Assembly: GCA_973895155.1 (NCBI GenBank)
Contig: OZ316895.1
Coordinates: 19,358,803 to 19,422,802, forward strand
Direction of reading: 5' to 3'
DNA from: Marsupella aquatica
Taxonomy: Eukaryota > Plantae > Marchantiophyta
DNA: 64,000 bases
Shown here: positions 11,281-23,775 of the stretch, piece after piece
Position numbering within the stretch: the stretch's first letter is position 1
Layout of the letters: each line of letters opens with the position of its first letter
Notes under the pieces: generated by a model
What the model was told of the DNA's origin: nothing
Databases searched by the model: none
Seen by the model: only the letters and a program-made list of their open reading frames with translations
Program-made: the position numbers and the translations under genes

Positions 11281-14200
11281 TGTGATGCCGCCAGCACGGT
11301 TGGTAATGAGTAATCTGGCCTAATCCGTGCTGAGCACGCACGCTACGAACTTAGCAGTCCGTAGTTATTAGCATAGCGACACTAAAATAGTTCAGGATTT
11401 CTTACCCAAAGCCAAAAGTTCTTTGGATAGAGCTTATCAAATTGAAGCATTGGAGGAAGCCCAGGTACTCGTAGCTCGACACGCAGCAAAGCAGCAAGCA
11501 ACTTCTAAGAAGTAGCACAACAAAGGACTACAAAAGATCAACATCATAACGGGGGATTTGGTGCTCCTGTACAATAGCCGGTACATGCAATTTTCGAGGA
11601 AGCTGCATACTGGCTGGTTGGGACCTTTCCTAGTCAATCAGATACACCCAAACGGATCTATGAAACTCGCAACGTACGCCGGTGATTTACTCCCCACACG
11701 AGTCAGTTATGATTGTGGGAAGAAGTACCATCATCAAGATGATACCGCTGGATATAGTGATGTTCACGAGGATGCTTCACAGTTAAGTAGGGAGCTATGT
11801 GACGCCGCTAGCACAACTGGTAATGAGTAATCCAACCTAATCCGTGCTGAGCACGCATGCTACGGACTTAGTAGTCCATAGTTATTAGCATAGCAACACT
11901 AAAATAGTTAGTAATTACGAATAGGACAAAATTAGTCAATAAAGAGCATTTATGCTCGGGCTGGCGACGAAGCGACACCTATATTATCGGGTTATGAGTT
12001 TGTTATGGCCGTCTACCTTGGGTCCGTATAACGGATCGAGAAGCGGCTCTCTAACATGCCTTGATTTGGACCTACATAGTGGCCAACACACTATAAGCGT
12101 GAAGAACTCGGCCTATTAGAAAGGGGCAGGGGCCGATCGACCGACGTCCCACCAAGGTATAAAAGGCGAGCCATTCCCTTGCTTAGTATTGGCACTTCAC
12201 TCCTCGCGCCAGCTTTGATCCCAGCTTGCCCGTTACTTCCTTAGCTATCCACCACACCTCACCATATGTCTGTCACAATTACGTCCAGTTTGGCCATTCG
12301 CTTTTGGCTTCAATTTCTGTCCATTGGTAATCATCTAGCAAAAACGCTTGCTAAATTCAACCCGCGCAGGTACAAAGCCAAAAGAGAGTACGAATGACTC
12401 ATCCGTTTGGCCGGGCGCTCTCACTACAACGATAACCTCAATCTTCCCTTTCAGAGCAAATTCTGTTGAGATGACGAGATTGCCAAATTCTTCTTTGACA
12501 GTTCAAAGTACCTCGGCTTTGGAGAAGCACTCCTTCAACTTTTGGACAAGGTCTTCACGATCCTGGGCATGGTGGACTTGTAGCGTCATCACTTCAACCA
12601 TATACCCACCAAAGTTCAGTCCTTCCTTGACTATCGATTTGGTAGTCCAAATACGGGCGAGTCATCAATCCTAACATCACTCGGATTCCCCTTCGACCTT
12701 CTAAATCCTATGGCGCCGCCTCCAACTACACCCACAGCCAACTCATTGGCACCATTGCAACCGCCGCCTTGGCCTCATTCAAGCTGCTCTCCACCACCGG
12801 TCGCACCAACCGTTTGGGTACAATCCGTGGTGAATGCGTTGAATATCAGCTTAGAGGACAAGGAGGCTCATCCTCCTCTTGTCCAGAGACCACCAGGGGC
12901 ACACCGCCACGGATCGGGTAACACATTGCCGCTTGCACAAGCCTGGACCCGAGAGATGGCCTCAATAGACAACACGGTGACCGTTGGCCCCGACACCAGT
13001 TCTGATTGCGGTCGCGCTAACCCTACCAGATAGGGAAGATGGGGAGATGTCCCCTTCTTCGACCCATCCCGGGAACAACTCCCAAGGAAGGAAGAGGAAG
13101 GAAGAGGAAGGAGCCAACTGCACTATCCGGTTTACCCGTGGCCACCGTCGCCATGGCCAAGTTGACCATGCATCGCATCATGGGGGAGAATCTTGGGGGA
13201 GAATGTTCACAAGAACATCCTCCATTTGAAGCATGTTGTGTACCTGAAGACCCAAGGTTTCAAACACCTTGCCGCCCTCCCTTGGAACACTTGCAGGTAC
13301 TACAGGCAAGACATGACGGAGTTCATCCAGAACTTTGACGTGGCCCGCCAACAGACCTGTGCACACAGACGGGTAATATCTTTGAATGAGGAGCAGCTTA
13401 AGCTCATTTTCAGCCTACCCGAGGGTCAAAACCGGGTGGAGTCACGGGCCCCAAGGGGCAAGGGAGCAAAGTACCAATCCTCGAGCTTCCCGCCCAAGGG
13501 TTTGGTGGACAACGGCTTCCTGATGAGGACATGCCTCATCCCGGAGATTGCAGAGCGGCTGGAGTTCCAGAGGTATGTCCTCCACATGATGGAGCCGCAA
13601 GGAGAGATATCCTTCGCCCAGGTGATCCAGGTCAAGACCTATCGGCCTAGAAAGTGGGCTTCCTTCTTCGTCAAGAAGTTCCACAAGGAGATGGAGCAAC
13701 AAAGGAAGACCCTGTACCTCAGGGGGAAGGCGTACCTCGCAAGCCACATCAAGATTATTATTGAGTGGTACGCCCGTTTTGATCGACAAACCCTCTTGCG
13801 GCTCAACAAGCCTGAGCTCACCCCGTCCTGGTGGGTCTTTCTAGCATTGGAATGACGGCCGCAGCCCAAAGCCCAGGCTCCAGCACCAGTAGTACCCACC
13901 CGGCCCCACCACCAGCCATTGAGACACCTTCTCCGGTGCCAAATTTGGCGGTAATTGCAACCCTGGATGCTCAAAACTAGGCCCGTGCAGTGACCATTGA
14001 GCGGGAGGAATCTGGCCCCGAGCTCGAGGCCATTAGTCTGGAGGGAACCGCGGTACCATCCGCACCAATGCCAGCAGACCCTCTTGCTGGGTGCCTTGCC
14101 CCCTCTAACCATCCTACCTTCGGGCTGGACGTAACAACCCCGGACTCTTCCCAAGTAGAAGTCTGCCCTTGCCCAAACCCGAGTGGGCACAGCTTGGTGA

Positions 14201-15795
14201 ACCCAAAACTCTTCGCATCGGGCACATATTTGAGCGGGCTGCTGGGAGACTTCTCCCAACAAATTAGCCAAGAGATGGGGGAGTTCATGGCCCGCAAGGT
14301 GGCCGATTTCTTCAGCGAGGAGCTGGTGGCGGCAGTGAAGGCAGGACGGGCTCAGGCTAAAGCCATAGCAAAGATTGAGCAATATTGGGCCGAGGTAACC
14401 AAACTCTTAAATGAAGCCTCTGGCCGAGATACCAAGTTACAACGTCTTTGTCCTCAGCTTACAACCACCCTCGCCCAGGTCGCTGACATCGATGCCAAGT
14501 TAGCCTTGGCCGAGCAGGTCGGAGCCGAGACGCCAAAATCTCATGGCTCTAGGCCCAGGTTGACAGCTTGAAGGGGCAAGCCATAATCTGGTAGAAGGAC
14601 GTAGAGGAGGCCGACGCTCGGGCCCAACGGGATACAGCCAAGGTGGACGCCCTGAAGGCGGAGGTGGCACGGCTTCAAGGAGAAGCCGCTAAACAAAACC
14701 AACTGGTGACCAAGTTGACGAGCGATGGTCAGCAATTGGAAGAGGCGTGCCAGGAGGCCGTGGTGGAGACAGACACGGTGAAGTGAGAGAATGATTCTCT
14801 CATATATGGACCAGGTCCAGATCCTCAAACAAGATGTTGACCGGATGAGGAGGCAACGGGACGGCCGATCCAAGTCCCACTCGGGCAGATCTAGCAAACA
14901 AGCCAAACATTAGGCGGTGCTGATAGTTTAGAGTAGCGTAGATTTAGCCATAGAAGTAGGACACTACCGACAAGTGCCAAAACTAGTTAGAGCGGCGCTG
15001 ACAACTTTCCTTAGCGTAGCATCTTAGGGTAACGACAAGCCGTTTAGCAGACTGGCATTTAGCTAGGATTAGCATAGGCTAGAACTCGAGCACGTGACCA
15101 CTCCTGGCCACGGCTCTTAGTTAGTATTTAGTGCACCCCCAATAGAGGCAGTAGGGGGGACTTTGGGTTTTGAACCGGGTATCCGCGGATGTGCGGGGAG
15201 TCTCGACCTTAGTGAATAGAAGAGTACCGCGGAGTGAGGGTACAACTAAGCTTGTCGGGCGAGTGCGGAGCCGGGCTCCATTGTGGTGTATACCTCATTG
15301 CCATTGGACTATTTATTCCCAAAGAAGTCGAGTCAACCGTATATGTACGTATGACGGATTTATAATTGAAAGTCTTTCCCCACCATTTCCTTTGTGTAAA
15401 CCGAGATTGTATGTGTGTAAGTTGTTATGTTCATTAGTTTTGTATACGGGTATAGAATGCTTGGCCGAACACATTATACGAGCTGCGCATGGGGTGATGG
15501 CTGCGGATAGTGGTTGCAAGCTCGGGTTAAATACCCGTATCATCAGATCCGGATCAAAGGTAGATAGCACGAAGGCTTAGAAGTCCTTAAGCCAGGATCA
15601 ATCCTGTACCTTAAGTCGCGGCGGAATACAAAATATACCTATGATGTGTATAGATATGAAACCGGATGCGAGTAGCATCAAGTTACGGGAATAAGTACAG
15701 TTCGCACGTCCCTTCTTGCCCAAAACCTCAATATTGACAGAGGGTATGGCCGCCTAAGCCAAAATCCAATTAAGGATGAACCTTTTGGCGTGACA
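11281..15795 (+). mobile_element. Internally deleted Ty3/gypsy (non-chromovirus-like) element: truncated 5' LTR, integrase tail, long 3' LTR-like region with extra ORF
   Basis: 11281-11391 is repeated at 11799-11909. Between them lies an integrase C-terminus (GDLVLLYNSR..KLHTGWLGPF) followed by a purine tract. Termini TGTGACGCC ... GGCGTGACA. Confidence 0.7.
12710..14910 (+). pseudogene. Retrotransposon accessory ORF (plant-transposon-protein-like domain, Pro-rich linker, coiled coil), frameshifted
   Basis: LAALPW..EFIQNF..ISLNEEQLKLIFSLPEG resembles extra ORFs of plant gypsy elements. Heptad-rich segment at 14300-14860. Several frameshifts. Confidence 0.5.
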
Positions 15796-15849
15796 ACACC
15801 TCACCTACATACGTCTAACCTACAAGTATGGGCCTAGCAAGTTAGCTTT

Positions 15850-16367
15850 GTGTCTAGTCAATCGGGTTGAGGTCCAAGTAGAGAGCCAAGAATACCAAAG
15901 TGAGTTTGAGGGTGGCAAGTCTCCAGAAGCACATATAAGAAGAGTGATGTCCATCTCTTTGTGGTCCAGGGGCAAGCCCAAGCCGTGAAGTGCAACGGTG
16001 CCCTACTAAGGGGAAATGTCAAACAAAAACAATGATATCTCCTCAACTTGAAGTTTGTTTAAAGACTTCTTAGGTGCGTTATAAAGCTCTCAAGAAGGAC
16101 TGTATCCTTCTGCTATTAGGTGAGTTTGGGAGTGCCTTTGGTCCGCATAGTTTTCAAGGGCTATCTTGCCTCCATGTCGATCCTGCCAAACCATTGAGCA
16201 ATGGTTGTGTTGAAGAGCAAGAGTGGCTTTGTATGAGAGTTTCCACTGGTTGTGATAGAGGCATTGGGTGGCTTGCTCATGGAATTTTGTGGAGGCGTTT
16301 GGGCACTAAGTCCCGAGGCAAGAGTTTCTAGGTTTGGTGAGGGCGCTCGATGGCTAGGTTCACCACT
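15850..16367 (+). repeat. Degenerate LTR fragment related to LTR 37810-39292
   Basis: Shares gtctccagaagca..gagtgatgtc..actaaggg..gatatctcc and the terminal ggtgagggcgct..ggctaggt(t/c)caccact with the gypsy LTR. Confidence 0.7.
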
Positions 16368-16622
16368 TGTGGCCAACCAGGTTGTGTAATGTAACACAAA
16401 TTCCTTAAACGCAAGGTGCATTTGGCTTGACATTTGTGTGTGATCAGATTGGGCAAGGGATTGGACAAGATTGATTGAGTGAGTTGCGATCACTTTTCAA
16501 TTCTTGTGAAGATTATTGTGGGTTTTGAACATGTGTGGACATGAGTTCTAGTTGTATCCCATTCTCTTATGTTTGTTTGTGCCTATGTATGGATGTGTGT
16601 GACAAGCAATGTATGATTGTTT

Positions 16623-16947
16623 CTCAAGGGGGTCACTTCAACGGAAGTGACACACCACGTTTGACAAAATATAGGCCCATTTAAATTGGTGTGGCGGAAG
16701 ACTTCCAAAGTTTGGTGGAAGAACACGTAGGGCATGTTTTATTGACTGGTCGACTCTAAAGAACACATAGGCCTATTTAATTGTAAAAAATATTTTCTAT
16801 AAAGTTTTTAGGGTTTTTTTAGTAAAAATTGACAAATTTTAAAGAAAAAAAGGGTTTTACAAAAAACTATTTTCACTTATAAGTTAGGGGGTCAAACCCT
16901 AAAACATTGCATGCGATGTATGGCCCTCCATGTAATGACCCCCCAAG
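16623..16947 (-). mobile_element. MITE, CTCGGGGG-TIR family
   Basis: Reverse-oriented homolog of 59868-60193. Flanked by GATTGTTT / GATTGTTG (7/8 TSD). Confidence 0.85.
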
Positions 16948-17620
16948 GATTGTTGTGGAGCAATGTGTGTGCACGACATAATCAATAAATAACCCAAATT
17001 TGATGCACCTCCACTAGCCAATAACCCTAAAACCTAGATTGCAATTATGCACACTAATGACAATCCTGACAGTCCATTACTGATGTAGTCTAGGTCTCCT
17101 AGTTTCCTCCAAGGTGCTTGCAGCTAACATCGGCCACGCTTTTGTGAGAATCTGGTCATCTTGTTACGCCCCAATAATGGGTGGTGGACCTTTGTCACCT
17201 TATACATATGGCTGCTTTCAATGATCCAAGTGGCAAGGCGGATGAGGAGTCGCATGTGTGGGCAATAGACTAAGCAAGTTAAGTTCCTCACCCCATAGCA
17301 ATGTAGCACCCCATGCTTGAGCTTGCCAATGCACCACAAACATTGAACCAAGACTTTACATCCAAATAATGGGGTGGGCAGGAGGTCTGATGGTGAGCAG
17401 AGGGTTGTTGCCTCCACTAAAGGAGGCCTGTTGTAGACCTCATGTTATCGAGCCTGTTATCCAGATCTTGGCCATAGTCAGTATCAACAAATCCAACCTA
17501 TGATTTGGCATTGTAAGAGTTTGCATCAAACAATACACCACCAAACATTTAAGATACCTACAAATCCACTTCATCTAAGTTTGTGGTGCTCCTTTCATGG
17601 ATTTGATATGTACTTGTTGA

Positions 17621-17878
17621 CTTGGGGGGTGACTATATGGAGGGCCATACATATATCAAGTGCAATGGTTTGGGTCATATGTGATCCCCCTAAGTCACTT
17701 TATATAATAAAAGTTGTACAACACTAATCATGTGATGACACATTTGCATTTTGCATTTAAATAACCTTATATTTACATTCACAACTTAATAAGTCTTTTC
17801 TCAAAAACCTTTTATTAAATGACCCTATATTTTGTTGCATGATGTGATGTGCCACTTCCATGGAAGTGACCCCTTGAG
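17621..17878 (+). mobile_element. MITE, CTCGGGGG-TIR family (older, shorter copy)
   Basis: Ends cttggggggtgactatatggagggccatac ... ggaagtgaccccttgag. TSD is degenerate. Confidence 0.7.
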
Positions 17879-18029
17879 CCTGCGGACTTTGCCCATAGCG
17901 AAGGCAATATTTGGTCTAGTACACATCATGAAGAATATGAGACTACCTATTGCTTGCTGAGAAGGGATTTTAGATATAAATCCCTTTGCCACAACATTAA
18001 TTGGACAATGTGTATCTCACCATCAACTA

Positions 18030-18240
18030 TTAGGCTTAGAATTGTGCTCCTCGTCAATTGCCTAGCTTTGACCCTACCATTGTCTCTTCTACTTGCATTC
18101 CTCTCGTGGATTCTCCTTTTAAGGTGTGTCAAAGGATTGATGATGTTGACCAGATGTTGTTGTGTGGCCATTGCAACACCCATACCATCTCTTTTGTTTG
18201 AGACCTGAGCTTCTACGATTTGCCCTTTCTGTTCTCCTAC
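18030..18240 (+). pseudogene. PHD-finger remnant, probably the tail of a gypsy-type pol
   Basis: Translates NCAPRQLPSFDPTI..KVCQRIDDVDQMLLCGHCN/YHLFCLRPEL across a frameshift, matching the PHD C4HC3 core. Confidence 0.55.
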
Positions 18241-20159
18241 ACTAAGTTGATTATCAGCCTGTTGATCATTCCCATGCTCAGGTTGGGGGGGGGATGGGGA
18301 GATCCAGGGATTCACATTCAAGCCCCAACATGTGTTCATCTTGGTGTTAATGAACATACACACTCCATTTTTTCTGGTCAATTTGTTGCACCACCTGGAT
18401 GCATATGGTACATGTCTTGATATTTTATGTGACCAGTTTCTTATGTCAAAACAACAGTCATGCAGGAGTACATGGTTATCATCGCCCTTCGCCATGCCCT
18501 TCACACACCTGCTAGGATATAATGGTAGGTTAGGTTCATCAATTAGAGTCCATATATGCAAGCTAGAATAGACATGCTTAGTGCTGTTGAAGCAAACATT
18601 CCTCTCTTAGTAGCACTTTGGGCAATGTTCTTGTAGCAATACCTGGTTGTTCTTGAAGCAAATATTCTTTGTGAGGAGCATTTCAGGGTCATCATACTTA
18701 GATTTTCTCATCGTACATTTACTTCAGTTCTTCTTGAGTTTTAGCTTGGCTTTGCATGCACTTGGCTATGGCTGCACACTCCATGGCACCTCCACACATT
18801 AAGGATTGGCTATGACTCTTTGGATGCTCCCAGCACATCATATATGGCATGGCACACTCTACATGCCACACTTTATGAAGGGTTCACATTCATGCCCCAG
18901 AATTTATTCATTTTGGTGTCAATGGACATATACATTCCATTTTTTTCTGGTTTTCTGTTTTGTTGTGCTACCTGGATGCATATGATTGGTACATGTCCTC
19001 ATATGTTATGCCACCAACTCTATATGTCACTACAAGGATTCAGAATAAGATTTGGTAGGGGCTTTTGTCTAAGTACAAAGTTGCTTGGAACAAGGGTTTA
19101 GCTCTTGTCATGATTAATCAACGTTGCAGAGTGGAGCTTGTTGGCAAGATGGCACATGACTTTGACCATGAACTATTGTCCCTTGTCTTATTTTGATCCA
19201 CCTTGAATAGGTAATTACTTGGTTTCATTTTTATTGGGTTGTTATCCAAGTATGGTCATTTGAGGTCTCTACAGATGAATTTTCCTTTTTGTGGAGTTTT
19301 GTCAAGGTTCAGCTGTTCAGATCTTAGTTTGTGCCTGATCTCTTCTTGGACTCTAGATTGAGTCTACCCTCATGTGTAGTAGTTATTAGTTTGTCTTTTC
19401 TGAGTGACGTTAGGTCACATCCTAAACTATAATACACTGTTGCGCCTTTTTTTCCGTGGTCGTCATTCAAAAATGCAGTGCCAACAAAAAAGGTAATCAA
19501 TAAACACAAAGGATAAAACCCAAAACGAATTAAATATAGAGTGAACCAAAAGTACAGTAATTTTTTTCACACAAAAGGGAATCAAATGGTGGAAACAAAA
19601 GACAAAAATGAAACTAACTCAATTGCAGCACGAGTATCAAGGAGAAACCTGACTGTACCATCATAGATACACAAGAAAACAATATTGAGTGCACTATAAG
19701 TCACTATAATACCATTTACTCTAGAAGGGTACATTTACAAACTCAATAAAAAAGGATAACAAATCTTAGCCTTTAGTTGAAAAAATGTTTTTCTGCAATG
19801 GCAGGATCCATCCATACCCCTATTAATCTCAATTACCTCTGCCCAAGCTACCCAAGCTACCCAAGCTACCCCTAACCTACCCTCAAACTTGACAAAGATA
19901 ACAAATTTATTGAATATTAATTAAAAACTAATTATTAAAATTGAATTTTAAAGAATTGGATATTAGCCTTAAATTTTTGGTAAAACTTGAGTATAAATAA
20001 AATGTATACAATATTAATTTCTCCAAAAAAAAAAATTTAACAATTTTTTTGTATCATTCGGTTGTGCTTGGACTCTATGCTATAGTGACCGATATCTCGC
20101 GTCTCCAATTTCCATGTGCAAATGCATGAGTTGTTGAACACCACCACAACAACTCTACC

Positions 20160-21432
20160 TTGCCTTGACATCTCTCATCTCGCCTCACATTTATATCTTT
20201 ATCTCACCAAGACAATTTTTTTCTCACCCTTGACATCTTTTAGGTCCTTGATTTTGTTTCTTTCCTCCATATATTTTCTCATCTGACTCAACATCGTTTA
20301 GGTCCCTGATTTTTGTTTCTGTCCTCCATATATTTTATCATTTGACTCGACATCTTTTTCTCACCTCCACATCTTTTCTCACATTGACATCTTTTCTTTT
20401 TCTCACCTTACCATCTTTCTCTCACCAAAACATCTTTCCCTCACCCTCAACATCTTTTCTCTCCTCAACATTTTTTCCTCATCTTTACATCTTTTTCTCA
20501 CCTCGCCATGTTTTCTTTCCTTGACATCTTTTTTTCACCTTGACTTCTTTGCCTCACCTCAACATCTCTTTTTCTCATTGAATTGACATTTGTTTTCACC
20601 TCTACATCTGATCTTTTCCTCACTTTCACATTTTTATCTCACCACAACATCTTTCCTTCATCTCCACAGATTTTTTCTCACATTGTCATATTTTCTCTCC
20701 TTGACATATTTTTTGCTCGACTTCTTTTTCTCAGCTCGACATCTCTTTTTCTCTTCAACATCTTCGTTCACCTTGACATTTTCTCCTCGCCTCAACATCT
20801 TTTTCTTGCCTTGACATCTTTCCTCTCCCTTGACATCTTTTTCTCACTTCAACTAGTTTTTCTCACCACACCATCTTTTGTGCAACTTTTGTCTTAACTA
20901 CGATATCGTTTTTACTTAACGACAGCTTTTCTCTTAACAACATCTTGGGTGCCACAACATCTTTTTTACTAACAACATCTTGGGTGACACAACATCTTTT
21001 TTCTTAAGTACATTTTGGGTGCCATGACATTTTTTTCTTAACGACATCTTGGGTGACACGACATCGTTTTTCTTAATGTCACCTTGGGCGACACCACACC
21101 TTTTTTCCTTAATGGCATCTTGGGCAACACAAAATCTTAACGACATCTTGGGCGATAGTGCATGTTTTTCTTAATGACATCTTGGGCGACACAACATCTT
21201 TTTGTCTTAACGACATCTTGGGTGACACGATATCTTAACGACATCTTGGGCGATAGTGCATTTTTTTTCTTAATGACATCTTGGGCGACACAACATCTTT
21301 TTGTCTTAACGACAGCTTGGGTGACATGAATCTTTTTTTTCTTAACGACATCTTGGGTGACACGACATCTTGGGTGACACGACATCTTGGGTGACACGAC
21401 ATCTTTTGTGCAACGCACAGGTATTGAGCTAG
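20160..21432 (+). mobile_element. Non-autonomous Helitron 3' portion with internal minisatellite
   Basis: Hairpin TGTGCAACGCACA (21407-21419) followed by CTAG|T (21429-21433), the canonical Helitron 3' end. 5' end not located. Confidence 0.65.
20930..21405 (+). repeat. Minisatellite built on GACATCTTGGG(T/C)GACAC
   Basis: About 13 copies with variable T-rich spacers. The final copies are a head-to-tail 17-bp repeat. Degenerate TTGACATCTTTT units extend upstream to about 20160. Confidence 0.9.
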
Positions 21433-22019
21433 TTTCACTATAATTCATCTTTGCCTTTTGCGCTTGCCCTCACAACTGAATGTGTTTGGTCTTTTGAGTG
21501 GTTGTTGGTCATTGCCCTGGATTGGGTCCTGTAGGTTACTCCCTTGTTTTATTGAGGTTGACTTTCTCTTAAACCACAACTACTTGTATAAGAGCTAAGG
21601 GTTACCAGTAACTTTCATGCATTATACAATGCACACGGTTCCAAGAACGGAAAAGCTCACTTTTGATGGTGAGCACACTACTCACCAGGGCAGGAATGAA
21701 CATAAGAGGGAATGCGGCCCTTTTATATTGTCAGCTGTGGGTGAAGTGCTTTCTTCAAGAAAACAATAATAAATATACAAAACCAGAACTCGCTAAAGTC
21801 TTTTACATTTCCAGCTCACACGTAAAGCAGACTCGTTGTACCACAGAGAGCACGAGAGGCGCTAAGAGAACCCTCTCGAAAGACAATAGCCGTTGCGGGG
21901 GCAACCACCTCACCGGTCTGGGGACCCGACGAACTCCATGACCTACAAGAAGTGACCAACTGAACTCACGTCCATTTGGAGAACTACGAAACAGTGGTGG
22001 ACAAAGATGCTGGATGGAC

Positions 22020-23510
22020 TCGACCATCTTACCTTCTGCGGACGGTCCCCCCCACCCCAGCGTTTCTGTCCTTGCTCTCTTCCTTTGACACCACCGTGAT
22101 GCGGGTCTTTGGTCACCTCATCGGTCCTGGAGCCCTTGATGGAGAGGATGGTTCTTTTGCGGCTAGGCAGACGTCTCTGCCCCCATCGGGAGGTGGTTTG
22201 GGGGTGTCCTCGGCTGTGGTTGTTGCTCCTTGTGCGTTTCTTGGCAGCTGGGCGCAGGTGGCCCCCGCCTTGGCGTCACGTTTCATTGTGGACCTTCGGC
22301 CTATCCTCTCTGACTCGGTCATGGGAGTGGAGAACGGAGCTCTCCCTTTTCAGATCCAGCTTCGTCATGCCCGGTCCTTATTACCGGAGGATGTGCAGAG
22401 CGTGGTCCCTGCTTTTGAGGGAGTTATTTTGGACAGTCCCGACCGAGTTCAACAGGTGATCTCTGATCGCATGCACCGATTCACCCTTTCTAGCATGCTT
22501 TCCGACGCACCCTCTGACTTGGTTCGAGCGCGTCTTTTATCCGGTTCGGGCGTTGGTTCGGGGGCTTGGTTATCTGTGAGCCCATTGTGGGCCCCCTTTT
22601 GTATGAGTTCTTTTGTCTTCACCACTTCCATGCGCCTCCGTCTTGGTCTTCCCCACCCATGCCTCCTTGGGCAACCCACATGTGTTTGTGGAGCGCCCTT
22701 GGATAGGGGGGAATCCATATCCTACGATGTGGTCATGGTAGTGAGCGGACGGCGACACACGATGACATCCGAGATGTGGTAGCCGCCATCGCTCGTGATT
22801 CCGGGTATCATGTTATGATGGAGCAACGACATGTGTTACCACCCCGGGATGGAGTACCGGACAGGCGTCGGGCCGATTTGGTTTTCTCTCGCGCTGGTGT
22901 TCGTGCCCTTGGGGATGTGGTTGTTGCTGACCCCACTAGTGGAGCCAATTTGGCGTCCGCTGCCCACATCCCAGGTCATGCTGCCACGAGGGCTGCTCGC
23001 CTCAAGGAGGAGGCTTATGCTACGCGTTACCCAGGGGACCTTTTCTACCCGTTTGCCGTGGAGGTCTTTGGAGCGTTGCACCCGACTTTTGACCAGTTCT
23101 TGCGCTCCTGTGCGGTTCATTATGTCGAGCGGCGGCCTTATCCACCAGTCTCTGTTATCACATCCTTTTTTAGACAGAGGGTGTCCATTGCACTTCAGCG
23201 TGCACAGGCCTTCACTATCCTTCGTAGAGGCGAGGCGGTTGGAGTCCGGGCATCTAGTCGGATTCCATTGCTTGACCCCCCTATGCAGTTCACGACGGAG
23301 CTTTATCAGGCCCTTCACTGTGCCGTTGGGTAGCCTTTAGGTTTATGTGTCCTTTGTTCTCCTTGGGCTGGGCTTGTGCCTGGTCTTTTTTGTTTTTGCT
23401 CTTTGGCCTTTTGGCCTTTTTTCTTGTTTTCCCTTGATTGGGTTTTTTGGCCTGTGGGATCCTGTCTCCCAGTTCTGCGCCTCCTGCTCTTTGGCAGTTT
23501 GATATATATA
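22020..23510 (+). mobile_element. 5'-truncated non-LTR retrotransposon with restriction-like endonuclease (CRE/R2-type)
   Basis: RPSYLLRTVPP..GGLGV..AFLGSW..LRLGLP; CCHC knuckle CVCG..H..RC across a frameshift near 22710; HD..RD; RADLV..GDVVVADP..KEEAY..PFAVEVFG (PD-(D/E)xK). Stop at 23333, then a T-rich 3' UTR. Confidence 0.8.
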
Positions 23511-23775
23511 CTCGATAGAGTTCTATTGTAGTTGAGTGCACTCTAATTAGAGTACTCTTCTACTGTACATAGAGAGGCAGTTTGACGATGAAGAAGATGG
23601 TTTGGTGTTCAGGTCTTGCCGAGTTGTCCTTTCCATAAGGCTTCACAGATGTTTTAAGGTCAGGTCCTGTAGATCTTTTAGAATTTCCAAGAAGAGGAGT
23701 TGGGGCACACATTCTTTAGAGTAATGCGGTGTATTTGCCAAAGCGAGCAAGGAGGTAGGGCACAGTTAGACGGGG

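Noticed and set aside
13639-14382. 247-aa minus-strand ORF
   Set aside because: Antisense shadow of the GC-rich plus-strand accessory ORF.
20930-21405. CRISPR-like repeat/spacer appearance
   Set aside because: Spacers are low-complexity T-tracts of variable length or absent, there are no cas genes, and the context is eukaryotic. It is a minisatellite.
20342-21448. Several ORFs with repeated DVVSPKMS or Phe/Ser-rich peptides
   Set aside because: Translation artefacts of the tandem repeat.
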